NCBI GenBank assembly: GCA_964352775.1
Contig: CAYGTK010000006.1
Location: forward strand, 1-55,117
Source: an uncultured Chitinophagaceae bacterium
GTDB lineage: Bacteria; Bacteroidota; Bacteroidia; Chitinophagales; CAIOSU01
Direction: 5' to 3'
DNA length: 55,117 bases
This document shows, in pieces, positions 7,504-17,233 of the stretch. The translations under genes were made by a program, and so were the position numbers. How positions within the stretch are numbered: position 1 is the first letter of the stretch; the number at the start of each line of letters is the position of its first letter. The notes under the pieces were generated by a model, which was not told where the DNA came from, ran no database searches, and worked only from the letters and a program-made list of their open reading frames with translations.

Positions 7504-8782
7504 GTTGGGGTAAGTATAAGTAGGTAGTTACTGTTTCTCCATGCTCATTTTCTCCAATAAGTTGAATGCTATTTGCCAGTTCATTCGCCTGTTTATAAAG
7601 GGCAATTTTATCTTTTCCTTCTGCTTGAATTTCAATGTATCTGTCATACCAATCTGATGGCCCATTCCAATAGTTAGCACTCATTAATGCAGCTCGATCT
7701 ATCTTTGCTTTTCCTCTTTCATCTACCACTTTGGTGATCTTGTAAATAGACTCTTTTGGCGAAGCCCAAAGTACAGCTTGTAGGTTTTCTCCTTTCGTAA
7801 ATGCTGTTCTTCTTTCCGCAAGAATTTGGTAGGGAGAAGTTCCCAAACTAGCAGTTATCAAGTCCATCAACCTATCGCCAGATGGGCGTAGCTGAAATTC
7901 AATTAAGCCTAACTTATTTTTAGGAGTAATGATAAACTCCCAATTGGAAATACAGTTTTGCACCTTCATTTCTAGCAGTAGGTCGACACAACATTTTTCT
8001 ATTTTCCTTTGCCAACTTTCTTCTAGATGAGGACTAGGGAAAACATGGCCTAACTCCACATAACTATTAGGATGAAGCCATTTTTCAGAAATACCTAGTA
8101 GTTGATGCTCGCCATTTACGGACAGTACGTGTGCTGAAAACTCGCTACTTAGGCCCATTTTCTGCCTAGGTATTGCTAGCTCGGCTATCACCCTTTTAGA
8201 GAAGGGAATACCCTTCATCATAGGCACAGAAGCCTCTGCTTCAAGGGTGCTAGTAATAGATCTTGATAAGGCAGGTATAGGCTCTTTATCCTTCTGCTTG
8301 CTTACCCCTATTGACCCAGAATAGCTATTGGGTTTAATAAAGTAAGGGTCGTCATTTTCAAAGAAACTAGCATCCTGCTCCAGAATTTTTTCTCCTTCTA
8401 AAAGAACATAAGGTGTTTGGTATAGCTTGGTGTTTTTCTTGGCATATTCATTCCACAGTTTTCGTCCCAAGTGTTTATGAGTTGATGCCTTGGCAGCTTG
8501 TTGTGGTAGGTAGTTATTCCCAAACTTTTCAGAAAGATTAGCTGCTATTTCAAGGCACATATCATCCAATGCCAAAATACTTACTTCTTCATTCGCAAAT
8601 AACTTGAAGAACTGATCGGCCAGGTCAGTTTCATTACTATAAAGCAGATACGAAAAGGGCAGTTGGCTTATTTCTTCTTTAGTTGAACAAGCCAACCAAA
8701 CCTCATTTCCAAGTTCTTGAAATTGCTTTGCTACTTCTTCTCTACCCCAGCGGTGTGCGCCGAACAATACTACCTTCATCAC
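7493..8782 (-). CDS. ATP-grasp domain protein (amino-acid ligase-like)
   Basis: IKPNSYSGSIGV glycine loop, EFS, ELGHVFP, WEF and IEFQLRPSGD. Confidence 0.8.
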   Translation of the reverse strand: MMKVVLFGAHRWGREEVAKQFQELGNEVWLACSTKEEISQLPFSYLLYSNETDLADQFFKLFANEEVSILALDDMCLEIAANLSEKFGNNYLPQQAAKASTHKHLGRKLWNEYAKKNTKLYQTPYVLLEGEKILEQDASFFENDDPYFIKPNSYSGSIGVSKQKDKEPIPALSRSITSTLEAEASVPMMKGIPFSKRVIAELAIPRQKMGLSSEFSAHVLSVNGEHQLLGISEKWLHPNSYVELGHVFPSPHLEESWQRKIEKCCVDLLLEMKVQNCISNWEFIITPKNKLGLIEFQLRPSGDRLMDLITASLGTSPYQILAERRTAFTKGENLQAVLWASPKESIYKITKVVDERGKAKIDRAALMSANYWNGPSDWYDRYIEIQAEGKDKIALYKQANELANSIQLIGENEHGETVTTYLYLPQLTF

Positions 8783-8810
8783 TGGAAAGAAAAGCTATAT
8801 TTTTAAGCCT

Positions 8811-10904
8811 ATGAAATATCGTTTTCCCCTTTTTCTATTCTTGTTGCTTTTATCTGCTGTAGTCTGGTCGCAACCTCGTACTATTGAATTCAGTAGGGTG
8901 GTTGTTTTCTACAATTATAATGGCGTTACCAAGGCCCTAACAGTATCGCCAAACGAAACGATGGAGGAACCTGAATTGGAGGTAACCTACGGCAAAAATG
9001 CTGAAGGTATCCATATGGTAAAGCTAAGAGCTAGGGAAGAGGTGACCTTAGAGCGTGCAGAGCTTATCGGCTCATTCGACCCTATGTTCGTTAAAAAGAT
9101 ATTCTGCAATGGTTACCAATGCTGGACCAATAGCCGTGAATTTACTTTTACGGAGCAACAAAAGCCTATTAGAGGTATGTTGAAAGGTGCGGCTAAGTAT
9201 TACAGTGATTATACCTTTTACGATTACCCTAGTGAGCCTGGCAGGCTACATGGGTGGACTTATACTTACATGCGAAGAAGTGAGGGTAGAATTGAGTTGC
9301 TCGGTTCGCTGAATGAGCATGATGGATTTACGCGCATTAGTTTCAATATGGAAACCCAGCGGGTGAATATTCATAAAGATTGCGAAGGCGTTGTTATAGA
9401 AGCAGGAGGAGAGTATGATGCACTTCATTTATTCCACACTGTGAATGCAGACACAACCGCATTCAGCGATTACGCTAAGGAAATGAACTATGCCGAGCCA
9501 TTTCATGTAAGCACAGCAAAACCATCTCAAGGCTGGACGAGCTGGTACCACTATTTCACCAAAATTGATGAAGAGATAATTCTAAATAATCTTGCAGCTT
9601 TTGAGGAACGTAAGGTACCCATCGACCTATTTCAGATAGACGACGGCTGGCAGGAAAGCGTTGGCGTTTGGACGAAGACGAACGATAAATTCCCCAACGG
9701 AATGCGGCCCATAGCTGATAAAATTCATGCGGCGGGTTACAAAGCAGGAATTTGGTTAGCCCCCTTTATCTGTGAAAAGAAGTCGGCCATTGCTAAAGAA
9801 CACCCAGACTGGCTATTAAAAACAGAGAAAGACAAACCCTTAGTAGTTGGCTTTAATCCAGGTTGGAGTGGTAAATACTATGCCCTAGATATTTATAACC
9901 CAGAGGTACAAGCCCATGTAAAAGCATCGCTAGATACCATCTACAATGCCTGGGACTTTGATATGATAAAGGTCGACTTCTTGTTTGGTTCGTGTATAGT
10001 TCCTCAAAAGGGGCGGTCTCGCGGTCAAGTTATGGCCGATGCTATTGCCATGCTTAGGCGGTGGAGTGGCGATAAGTGGATATTAGGCTGCGGTGTGCCG
10101 CTTGGTTCTACTATGGGGCAAACTGATTTTTGCCGCATCGGTAGCGATATTCACATGAAATGGGAATATGGGTTCCTAAAGCGGATGAATATGAATGAAC
10201 GCCTTTCTACCTGGAATAGCCTAACAAGTACCATTGGGCGCAGGCAACTTGGCGAGCATTTCTTTTATAACGATCCTGATGCTTTTGTGCTGCGAAGCGA
10301 AGCCAACAAGTTGAACGAAGAAGAAAAGCACAGTACTTTTTTAATCAACAATCTTTTCGGGCAGTTAATACTTACCAGCGATAACATTGGAGAATATACT
10401 CCCGAACAGCTGGAACTCTATTTATCAGGGTTTCCTGCTACGGAGAAGAAAAATGTGATAGTAAAAAAGGAGGGAGAGTTCTATCGTATCCGGTTTATGG
10501 TAGGCGATAGAGAATACTTAGCACTAATAAACTTAGGCGATAAGGAACAAGTAGTGGCCCTAGACGATAGAGATGCCTTTGATAATCAACGTTTGGTAAT
10601 GCACCAAGCCAATAGCTTCATAGAAATACCTGCCCATGGTTCGCGGTGCTACTATTTGCCTAAGTATCCTAATAAAATGCCAGAGTTACTTGGTGGTAAG
10701 GGTCACCTATTCTCAGGAAGCGAGATGGAAAGCATGGATGCACGCGCTAATGTTATCACCTTGAATTACCACCCAGAAGCTCAAAACCGCCCACCAGTAT
10801 ATATACTTATCCCAAGCCAATTTCCATATGCACTGGTAAATGGCGAGAATTTAGAACCTGAGACTATTAGTGGAAAAAGGTGTGTAGTCTATCGGCCAAA
10901 GTAA
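8811..10904 (+). CDS. Glycoside hydrolase family 36 (alpha-galactosidase-like), secreted
   Basis: GWTSWY, FQIDDGWQ, KFPNGM, GIWLAPF, IKVDF, CRIGSD and NDPD motifs. Sec signal ending VWSQ. Confidence 0.92.
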   Translation: MKYRFPLFLFLLLLSAVVWSQPRTIEFSRVVVFYNYNGVTKALTVSPNETMEEPELEVTYGKNAEGIHMVKLRAREEVTLERAELIGSFDPMFVKKIFCNGYQCWTNSREFTFTEQQKPIRGMLKGAAKYYSDYTFYDYPSEPGRLHGWTYTYMRRSEGRIELLGSLNEHDGFTRISFNMETQRVNIHKDCEGVVIEAGGEYDALHLFHTVNADTTAFSDYAKEMNYAEPFHVSTAKPSQGWTSWYHYFTKIDEEIILNNLAAFEERKVPIDLFQIDDGWQESVGVWTKTNDKFPNGMRPIADKIHAAGYKAGIWLAPFICEKKSAIAKEHPDWLLKTEKDKPLVVGFNPGWSGKYYALDIYNPEVQAHVKASLDTIYNAWDFDMIKVDFLFGSCIVPQKGRSRGQVMADAIAMLRRWSGDKWILGCGVPLGSTMGQTDFCRIGSDIHMKWEYGFLKRMNMNERLSTWNSLTSTIGRRQLGEHFFYNDPDAFVLRSEANKLNEEEKHSTFLINNLFGQLILTSDNIGEYTPEQLELYLSGFPATEKKNVIVKKEGEFYRIRFMVGDREYLALINLGDKEQVVALDDRDAFDNQRLVMHQANSFIEIPAHGSRCYYLPKYPNKMPELLGGKGHLFSGSEMESMDARANVITLNYHPEAQNRPPVYILIPSQFPYALVNGENLEPETISGKRCVVYRPK

Positions 10905-10913
10905 TGCGCTAAA

Positions 10914-11042
10914 TTAGCGCCACACTTTACCTTTTTGAGTGGTGTTCTCAAAATAAAAGAAAGAGTTAAACTGCTTTCTTACAATGTTCCAATCCACTTT
11001 TCCGGGATTAAGAACTCTGAAATAATTATTCACTACTGCCAT
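10914..11042 (-). CDS. Putative 42-aa small protein
   Basis: Hand translation: MAVVNNYFRVLNPGKVDWNIVRKQFNSFFYFENTTQKGKVWR*. A-rich leader aactaaaaccatatatc. Fills an otherwise empty gap and converges on the GH36 gene. Confidence 0.45.
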   Translation of the reverse strand: MAVVNNYFRVLNPGKVDWNIVRKQFNSFFYFENTTQKGKVWR

Positions 11043-11279
11043 GATATATGGTTTTAGTTAACCGAACTAGCAAATGCAAAGTAAGGGCAAATAGTTCTAG
11101 TAATCCAGTTAATTTTTCCACATCAACCCTAAAATAGGCATGTAACCTATTGATATTCAGTTGCTATAGGTGAAATCACGTAGGTCTAAATATTATTAAA
11201 CATATTGGGTTTGTATACTATGCTATACAGCTAGATCTTCTAGTACATTTGGACTAAATTGCGGTCGTTTTCGAAGAAT

Positions 11280-12398
11280 ATGAAGCTAAATAGAACACTT
11301 TTCATTGTTTTAGCCCTGCTTTTGGCCAATTCTGCTGTTTTTGGGCAGCTAAGAGTTCCTGCCTGCGATGAAGGCGATGAGCTTTATCAAAAGGGTGAAT
11401 TTGCCCTAGCTATTAAGGCTTTTTCTACTTGCTTAGAGTTCGATAAGTTCAATGGGTTTAATTATTACAATCGTGGGATGGCCTATCTGCAATTAGATAT
11501 TAACGGCCGGGCCATAGTAGATCTTGAAAAAGCGATAGAGCTAGATGAGAAATTCATGCCGTCGTATTATGCCCTGGCCGAACACTACATGGATAAAGGG
11601 GAGGAGGAAAAAGCGATCAATTGGATGAACAGGGCCATTCGAATATATCCCCTTCTAGCATATAATTTTAACCTGAGGGGCTGGATACATTTTCAATTCC
11701 ATAATTACCCAGCAGCTTACAAAAGCTTTGATAAGGCCATACAGCTTGATTCTACTTACGCCAGTGCTTATAACAATAGGGGGTCGGCAACCTATCTATC
11801 TCAGAATATTGCTGATGCGCATAGAAATGACCTTTTGGCAGCTAAGCAAGACTACCTTACCGCTTTATTTTTCGACCCAGATCTGTCAGAAGTATATCGT
11901 AACCTGGGTTACATCCATATTTACTTGAATGAGTTGGATACCGCATTATACTATTTGGCTATTGCGGCAAAGCGAAATCCTAATGACCCCATGGTTCCTT
12001 ATTATAAGGGCTTAGTTTATAAACGGGAAGGAAAAATATCAAAAGCTCTAGAAGGATATAACCGAGCTATTTCAATTTATAACAGACTGGCTGGTGCTTA
12101 CTTTGAACGGGCTGAGATATATGTGAGAAGAAGAAATTGGGAAGAGGCCAAATTCAATTATCAGAAAGCACTAGACTTCGGTCGTGATACTGAAAAGGGG
12201 AGGTGTTATTATGGTTTTGCCTTAATTTCGGCCATCAAAAAGAAAGAAGGGGAGATGTTCAAGCAGCTTGAAAAAGCAAGAAAAGAAGGCTATTTCGATA
12301 GTAGAATAAATACCTTGGCCTTTAAAAAGGATAGCTTCTTTGACTCTTTTAGGGGTAAGAAAGAATACAAAGAATTTGTAAAAAGTATTCTGTATTAG
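11280..12398 (+). CDS. Secreted tetratricopeptide-repeat protein
   Basis: Signal peptide followed by repeated TPR units (YYNRG..Y, AYNNRG, YRNLG). Confidence 0.9.
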   Translation: MKLNRTLFIVLALLLANSAVFGQLRVPACDEGDELYQKGEFALAIKAFSTCLEFDKFNGFNYYNRGMAYLQLDINGRAIVDLEKAIELDEKFMPSYYALAEHYMDKGEEEKAINWMNRAIRIYPLLAYNFNLRGWIHFQFHNYPAAYKSFDKAIQLDSTYASAYNNRGSATYLSQNIADAHRNDLLAAKQDYLTALFFDPDLSEVYRNLGYIHIYLNELDTALYYLAIAAKRNPNDPMVPYYKGLVYKREGKISKALEGYNRAISIYNRLAGAYFERAEIYVRRRNWEEAKFNYQKALDFGRDTEKGRCYYGFALISAIKKKEGEMFKQLEKARKEGYFDSRINTLAFKKDSFFDSFRGKKEYKEFVKSILY

Positions 12399-12766
12399 AA
12401 TAGCTTGAATCTAAGCGTTAAACTTATGGGGACATTTATCTTCAAGCAATCATAACTTGCTTAAAGTTGCATGTGCTGTATCTTGTCTATGATGTGAGCT
12501 TTGAGTTCTGGGTCGGCATTTGAGGTTTCTATCACCTTTATTTCCTTCTCTTCGCTCAGGGTAAATCTAACATCAACACTTACTCCGCTTTCAGCAGCTT
12601 CCATTCTGGGAAATTTCATTCCCTCGGCTATTTGTTGTTTAAGATCGACCGAGCTTTTTTCAAAGCTTAATTCTTCGGCCATGGCCTTTTCTCTCTTAGA
12701 TCCTGGGTCGGCTGCAAATAGTGTTTGCACAGATACCACCAATAACATCAAAACTACACGTATCAT
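12395..12766 (-). pseudogene. Small secreted TonB-C-terminal-like protein with in-frame TAA at 12461-12463
   Basis: Signal peptide and VSVDVRFTLSEEKEIKVIE. After the TAA the frame continues ASYDCLKINVPISLTLRFKLF* to 12395, overlapping the convergent stop. Confidence 0.55.
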
Positions 12767-12826
12767 TCAACTCTTGTTAGGTAGACACAAGTATACGTGC
12801 TAGAAAGATAAAAGTTACGCTATCAG

Positions 12827-13570
12827 CTACTTACGGGTATTCCAGATACGCGTCATCAGTATTTCGCGCGAAACAGTAGTACTATCATTGGTCAAAGTAA
12901 GGATATTCTTGACCATGCCAACTGAGTTATTGAAGTAAATAGTACCCATTATGTTGCCACTTTCAGTAGACTGAGAGAAGACATTACACTCAAATTTTCC
13001 TGCAGGCACTTCCACATTCTCTACTGTACCAAGACTAGTAACGGTAAGCTCTTCTCTAAAGCGGAAAGGCCCGAAATAGCTATACGACTGATAGTAATCG
13101 TAACTAGGGTATTTATCAATTGGAGTAGAGTCGGCTTCAATGATCCAGCTCATCATGGCAGGTGGATTCAGCTTTATAAGGGTATCTATTTTTCTGTAGT
13201 TATCCTTTCCTACTAGAACGTGATCTACATTTTTGATGTGAAACAACTCTTCGTATACCTTTTTGGGGTCTTTCTCATCCAACTCTCTATTGTAGCGCAA
13301 GTTCCTCATCTTCCTAATAGAGTAGTACTGCTTCATGTTGAACAAGTACATGTTCAAAGAGTCGGATGTCTTCAGCATTCCGTCATCAATGGTTTGATAA
13401 TTCCAGTGATTACCCACCCGTAAAAATCTAAATGAATCGCCAACAGGTAAGTACTCTGGTTTTTCTGGCTCTTCTATAACAATAGGAGCTTCTTCTTGGA
13501 ATAGATCACAAGAACTAATGGTGAACACCATCATAACAGCTAGAAAAAAGAGGGAATAGTTGGCTTTCAT
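12827..13570 (-). CDS. Hypothetical lipoprotein
   Basis: Lipobox ISSC; GNHWNY and VEVPAGKFEC...YFNNSVGMVK (beta-rich DUF3108-like pattern). Confidence 0.8.
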   Translation of the reverse strand: MKANYSLFFLAVMMVFTISSCDLFQEEAPIVIEEPEKPEYLPVGDSFRFLRVGNHWNYQTIDDGMLKTSDSLNMYLFNMKQYYSIRKMRNLRYNRELDEKDPKKVYEELFHIKNVDHVLVGKDNYRKIDTLIKLNPPAMMSWIIEADSTPIDKYPSYDYYQSYSYFGPFRFREELTVTSLGTVENVEVPAGKFECNVFSQSTESGNIMGTIYFNNSVGMVKNILTLTNDSTTVSREILMTRIWNTRK

Positions 13571-13631
13571 ATACAGGGCCTAAACTAACAAATTTAGGTG
13601 ATGAACGGCAAGCTAAACTAATATCATTATG

Positions 13632-13976
13632 TTATATGAGGTCATCTACAGTAAGAATTACCGAAAACTCGTTATTACCACTGGTATCCATTTCGCTAAA
13701 AGCAATGTTCATATTCATCAATCGCTCTTTCAACAGAGCATCCATAAATGGTATTTCCGATCGCACACTTATTACTTCCACATCACTGTTTTCTGATCTG
13801 CGCAAAAAAACCTCCACCGTAGCTGATACTGGAGCCAGTTGCTTATTCATAGTATTACTTATAGAGCAAGAGTTATGCTGTAACGACCTAGGGCTTTCTG
13901 CATTAGAAACTGCGCTGGGACTAATGGAAATGATCAATCCCTGAACTATACTGAATATAAGAGTGAACATAGGCAA
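13632..13976 (-). CDS. Hypothetical small secreted protein, distantly similar to 12395-12766
   Basis: Hydrophobic N-terminus. ATVEVFLRRSENSDVEVISVRS...LLKERLMNM resembles VSVDVRFTLSEEKEIKVIETS...HIIDKIQHM. Confidence 0.5.
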   Translation of the reverse strand: MPMFTLIFSIVQGLIISISPSAVSNAESPRSLQHNSCSISNTMNKQLAPVSATVEVFLRRSENSDVEVISVRSEIPFMDALLKERLMNMNIAFSEMDTSGNNEFSVILTVDDLI

Positions 13977-14224
13977 GTGGTTTTCTTGTCTTGAATTTAC
14001 AGAACTACTGTCATATCCTTCTTCTTTTTCTACAAACGCACAAATATTGTCGCTAAGCTATATGTTAGTGATAGACTAACTTATGTAGTTGTTGGCATTC
14101 CATTGGTCTAAGCTAAGCCTCATTCTATCCATAATAGTAGACTTAGCATAGCAGATGAGTTACTTTTATCGTTATAAACAGTGTTCTGAAAGCAGCATTA
14201 CATAACTACCGCCCGCTATTTCAT

Positions 14225-15211
14225 GTGGGTTTTTGGATAGCCTTTATCCTAGCCTTTACTATTCTTTTGGGTAGTAAGTTCGGTTATTTGGAAAGCTTGA
14301 AGGATGTAAGCTTAGAGGCTTTGGTATATGCTGCTATGGTGTATACCAATCTATACCTATTGATACCAGCTACATTGGCTAAGCGTAAGTACCAATCCTA
14401 CTTTACCTTGTTGTTGCTATTAGTACTCTTCTTTATTCCTATTCATGCTGGGGTAGAGTATTTCAATTATTATAGCGACGTTGGTTTTAAGGAGTCAGGA
14501 GAATGGTTGCGCTTATTCGGCTTATCGTTCATTAATTTGTTGTTTATGCTGGGTATGACCACTGGCTTGCATTTAGGCACCGAATGGTATAAGCAGCAGC
14601 AGGAAAAGCAAGAGTTGGAGCAAGAGAATCTTCGATCGGAATTACAATTTCTTCGTTCGCAGATCAACCCGCATTTCTTATTTAACACGCTCAATAATCT
14701 CTATTCGCTCACGCTAAAAAAATCCGATCATGCGCCAGAAATGGTCTTGAAGATCTCGGAAATAATGCGCTATATGCTTTATGATAGTAATGAGCGTTTA
14801 GTTCCCCTTCAGAAAGAATTGACCTACATAGAGAATTACATAGCCCTACAAGAAATACGTCAAGGAGCTAATACCAAAATAGAGATGAACATTAATGGAC
14901 ATGCCAATGGCCATTTGATAGCGCCTCTATTATTCATTCCTTTTTTGGAGAACAGCTTTAAGCACGGGGTAGATAAAAGTGCAGATGAAAGCTGGGTGAA
15001 AATAGATTTGAACATTGAGGGCGATGAACTAGATCTGATTGTTGCCAATAACAAACCCCTAAAGAACGGACAGCCAAAGTCTACTTCAGGAGGAATTGGA
15101 CTGACCAACGTAAAGCGTCGATTGGAATTATTATACCCCGAACGCTACGACTTGTTCATCGATGAACAAGAGAACACATACACCACCTCGCTTAAATTAT
15201 TACTGAAATGA
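14225..15211 (+). CDS. LytS/YehU-type sensor histidine kinase
   Basis: Four TM segments, ELQFLRSQINPHFLFNTLNNLY, ENSFKHG and GGIGLTNVKRRL. The true start may lie slightly upstream. Confidence 0.95.
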   Translation: MGFWIAFILAFTILLGSKFGYLESLKDVSLEALVYAAMVYTNLYLLIPATLAKRKYQSYFTLLLLLVLFFIPIHAGVEYFNYYSDVGFKESGEWLRLFGLSFINLLFMLGMTTGLHLGTEWYKQQQEKQELEQENLRSELQFLRSQINPHFLFNTLNNLYSLTLKKSDHAPEMVLKISEIMRYMLYDSNERLVPLQKELTYIENYIALQEIRQGANTKIEMNINGHANGHLIAPLLFIPFLENSFKHGVDKSADESWVKIDLNIEGDELDLIVANNKPLKNGQPKSTSGGIGLTNVKRRLELLYPERYDLFIDEQENTYTTSLKLLLK

Positions 15212-15924
15212 GTACACATACCTGTATTATAGTAGATGATGAGCCATTGGCTCAAGATGTATTAACCAGCTTTGTTGAGAAAACACCTGGTCTTCAGCTT
15301 GTAGCTACTTGTAGCAATGCATTGGAGGCTATGCAAGCCTTGCAAGAACAGAAGGTAGACTTGATGTTCTTAGACATTCAAATGCCAGAAATAACGGGTT
15401 TAGAATTCTTACGATCATTATCACATCCGCCAGCAGTAGTCTTCACCACGGCCTATTCAGAACATGCTATAGAAGGATTTGAGCTAGATGCTGTAGACTA
15501 TCTTCTTAAGCCTATCGCTTTTGATAGGTATTTGAAAGCAGTGAACAAAGCCATGCATCAAATTGATCTAGAGCAAAGGGGAGATGCTGCAGGTAGTGAG
15601 ATGGAACACATTTTCGTTAAGGCCGATAAAAAGATCGTTAAGATCAGGTTGAAAGACATACTATACATCGAAGGCTTGAAAGATTATGTGATGATATACA
15701 CCAGCGAGGAACGTATCATTACCTTACAGACCATGAAGAATTTGGAAGAATTTCTACCATCGTCAGCATTTATCAGGGTGCATCGTTCTTTCATTGTAGC
15801 TATTGATAAGATAAAAGCCGTTTCGGGTAATTCCGTTGAAATAGCAGATAAATTTATCCCTATTGGCAAGCACTATAAAGATCCATTTATGGCGCTTATT
15901 GAAAAAGACAACCTTATAAAGTAG
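15208..15924 (+). CDS. LytTR family response regulator
   Basis: Receiver motifs IVDDE, FLDIQMP and DYLLKP. LytTR motifs ILYIEG and FIRVHRSFIV. Confidence 0.96.
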   Translation: MSTHTCIIVDDEPLAQDVLTSFVEKTPGLQLVATCSNALEAMQALQEQKVDLMFLDIQMPEITGLEFLRSLSHPPAVVFTTAYSEHAIEGFELDAVDYLLKPIAFDRYLKAVNKAMHQIDLEQRGDAAGSEMEHIFVKADKKIVKIRLKDILYIEGLKDYVMIYTSEERIITLQTMKNLEEFLPSSAFIRVHRSFIVAIDKIKAVSGNSVEIADKFIPIGKHYKDPFMALIEKDNLIK

Positions 15925-15954
15925 TTAGCTATTTAGCTTCTGTTGGGTATTGGC

Positions 15955-15962
15955 TAATTTTG
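15955..15962 (+). promoter_or_regulatory. Bacteroidota -7 promoter element TAATTTTG
   Basis: Matches TAnnTTTG, 8 nt before ATG 15971. Confidence 0.5.
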
Positions 15963-15970
15963 CAAGGAAT

Positions 15971-17092
15971 ATGAAGAAGCGATCGCTATTATTGGTCTTG
16001 TTTTGTGTGGCCTTGTCCCAACTAGTATTGGCGCAGAATGATGACCCTAGCTATAAGCAAGGGATATTTTTATATCAACAAGGAGAGTTCAAAGAATCTA
16101 TAGCTCACTTTAGTAGTGTGCTGAAAACCTACCCTGAATTTGCTCCCGCCCACTTTTTTCGTGGATTCGCACAAATGAATTCTGGAGAGTACGCTATGGC
16201 AGAAGCTGACTTTAAGCTAGCCTTAAAACACGGCTATCCTAAAGCCGATGCTTATAGCGCTTTAGGGAACTTGTATAATCGGGTAGAGATGTATGAAAAG
16301 GCCATAACGAGCTTGAACAAGGCTATCTCTTTAAAACCCAATATGGCCGATGCCTTTAATAACTTAGGCGTAAGCTATCAAAAGCAGGGCGATTATCGCT
16401 TAGCTATGGAATACTTTAATAAAGCTATTGCCTTAGACAGTACGTTTGCTCAAGCATATTGTAATAGAGGTGCGGTAAGGTTTTACAATCAAAATGTAGC
16501 AGGCGCTCACAAAAACGACGTGCTATTGGCTATTAGCGACTTTGACAAGGCCTTACAGTTTCAGCCGAATTTGGCACTTGCCATGCGCAACCGTGCAGCA
16601 GCAAATAGAAAACTGGAGAAGTATGAAGAAGCCATTGCTGACATTAACTCCGCACTAAAGATACAGGCAGATGACCCGCGTTCGTTCATTGAGCGGGCAA
16701 GAGTAAAAACGGATATGGGGAATTACAATTCTGCTATAGATGATTACTTAAAAGCGCTACAGATATACCCATATAACGATAAGGCCTACATTGAAATGGC
16801 CGATGTAAAAACGAAGCTGAAGTACTATGATGACGCTATAAAAGATCACTTTAAGGCTATAGAATTAAGCTACCGTAATGAGGGACTCTCTTACTACAAT
16901 ATTGCTCGCAACTATGCTTTAATGGAAGATAAAGATGCTATGCTATTCTATTTGGGTAAGGCTAGAAAGAAAAAATTCTTTAACCGACGGGAGAATTTTC
17001 AGCACTTTATGGCCAGCGAAGAGTTCAAAGAGTATCGTGCTGATAAAGAATTTCAAAAACTAGCTAAGAAAATTCGAAAGTCAGTAAAATAG
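15971..17092 (+). CDS. Secreted tetratricopeptide-repeat protein, paralog of 11280-12398
   Basis: Signal ending VLAQ, multiple TPRs, and a shared NRG...QN.A.AH.ND segment. Confidence 0.9.
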   Translation: MKKRSLLLVLFCVALSQLVLAQNDDPSYKQGIFLYQQGEFKESIAHFSSVLKTYPEFAPAHFFRGFAQMNSGEYAMAEADFKLALKHGYPKADAYSALGNLYNRVEMYEKAITSLNKAISLKPNMADAFNNLGVSYQKQGDYRLAMEYFNKAIALDSTFAQAYCNRGAVRFYNQNVAGAHKNDVLLAISDFDKALQFQPNLALAMRNRAAANRKLEKYEEAIADINSALKIQADDPRSFIERARVKTDMGNYNSAIDDYLKALQIYPYNDKAYIEMADVKTKLKYYDDAIKDHFKAIELSYRNEGLSYYNIARNYALMEDKDAMLFYLGKARKKKFFNRRENFQHFMASEEFKEYRADKEFQKLAKKIRKSVK

Positions 17093-17233
17093 CTACCGAT
17101 AGAAAATCTTGCTAATTTGTTTTCCCTTTTGTAGCTTTAGAATCCCATTGATATCAATACCATCTATCTGCCTATGGATAGAGCTATCAGATAGCGAATA
17201 AACGCTATTGGAATTTTAGACTTATCGGCCACC

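Noticed and set aside
8811-10904. Polysaccharide utilisation locus around the GH36 gene
   Set aside because: No susC/susD pair or other CAZyme genes nearby.
2794-12463. Stop-codon reassignment to explain the two internal TAAs
   Set aside because: Many conserved genes here (thiL, lhgO, mvaA, glpD) end at TAA at their expected C-termini.
11143-17160. Similar cc(t)attgatat motifs at ~11145 and ~17145
   Set aside because: Too short and AT-rich to separate from chance without a genome-wide count.
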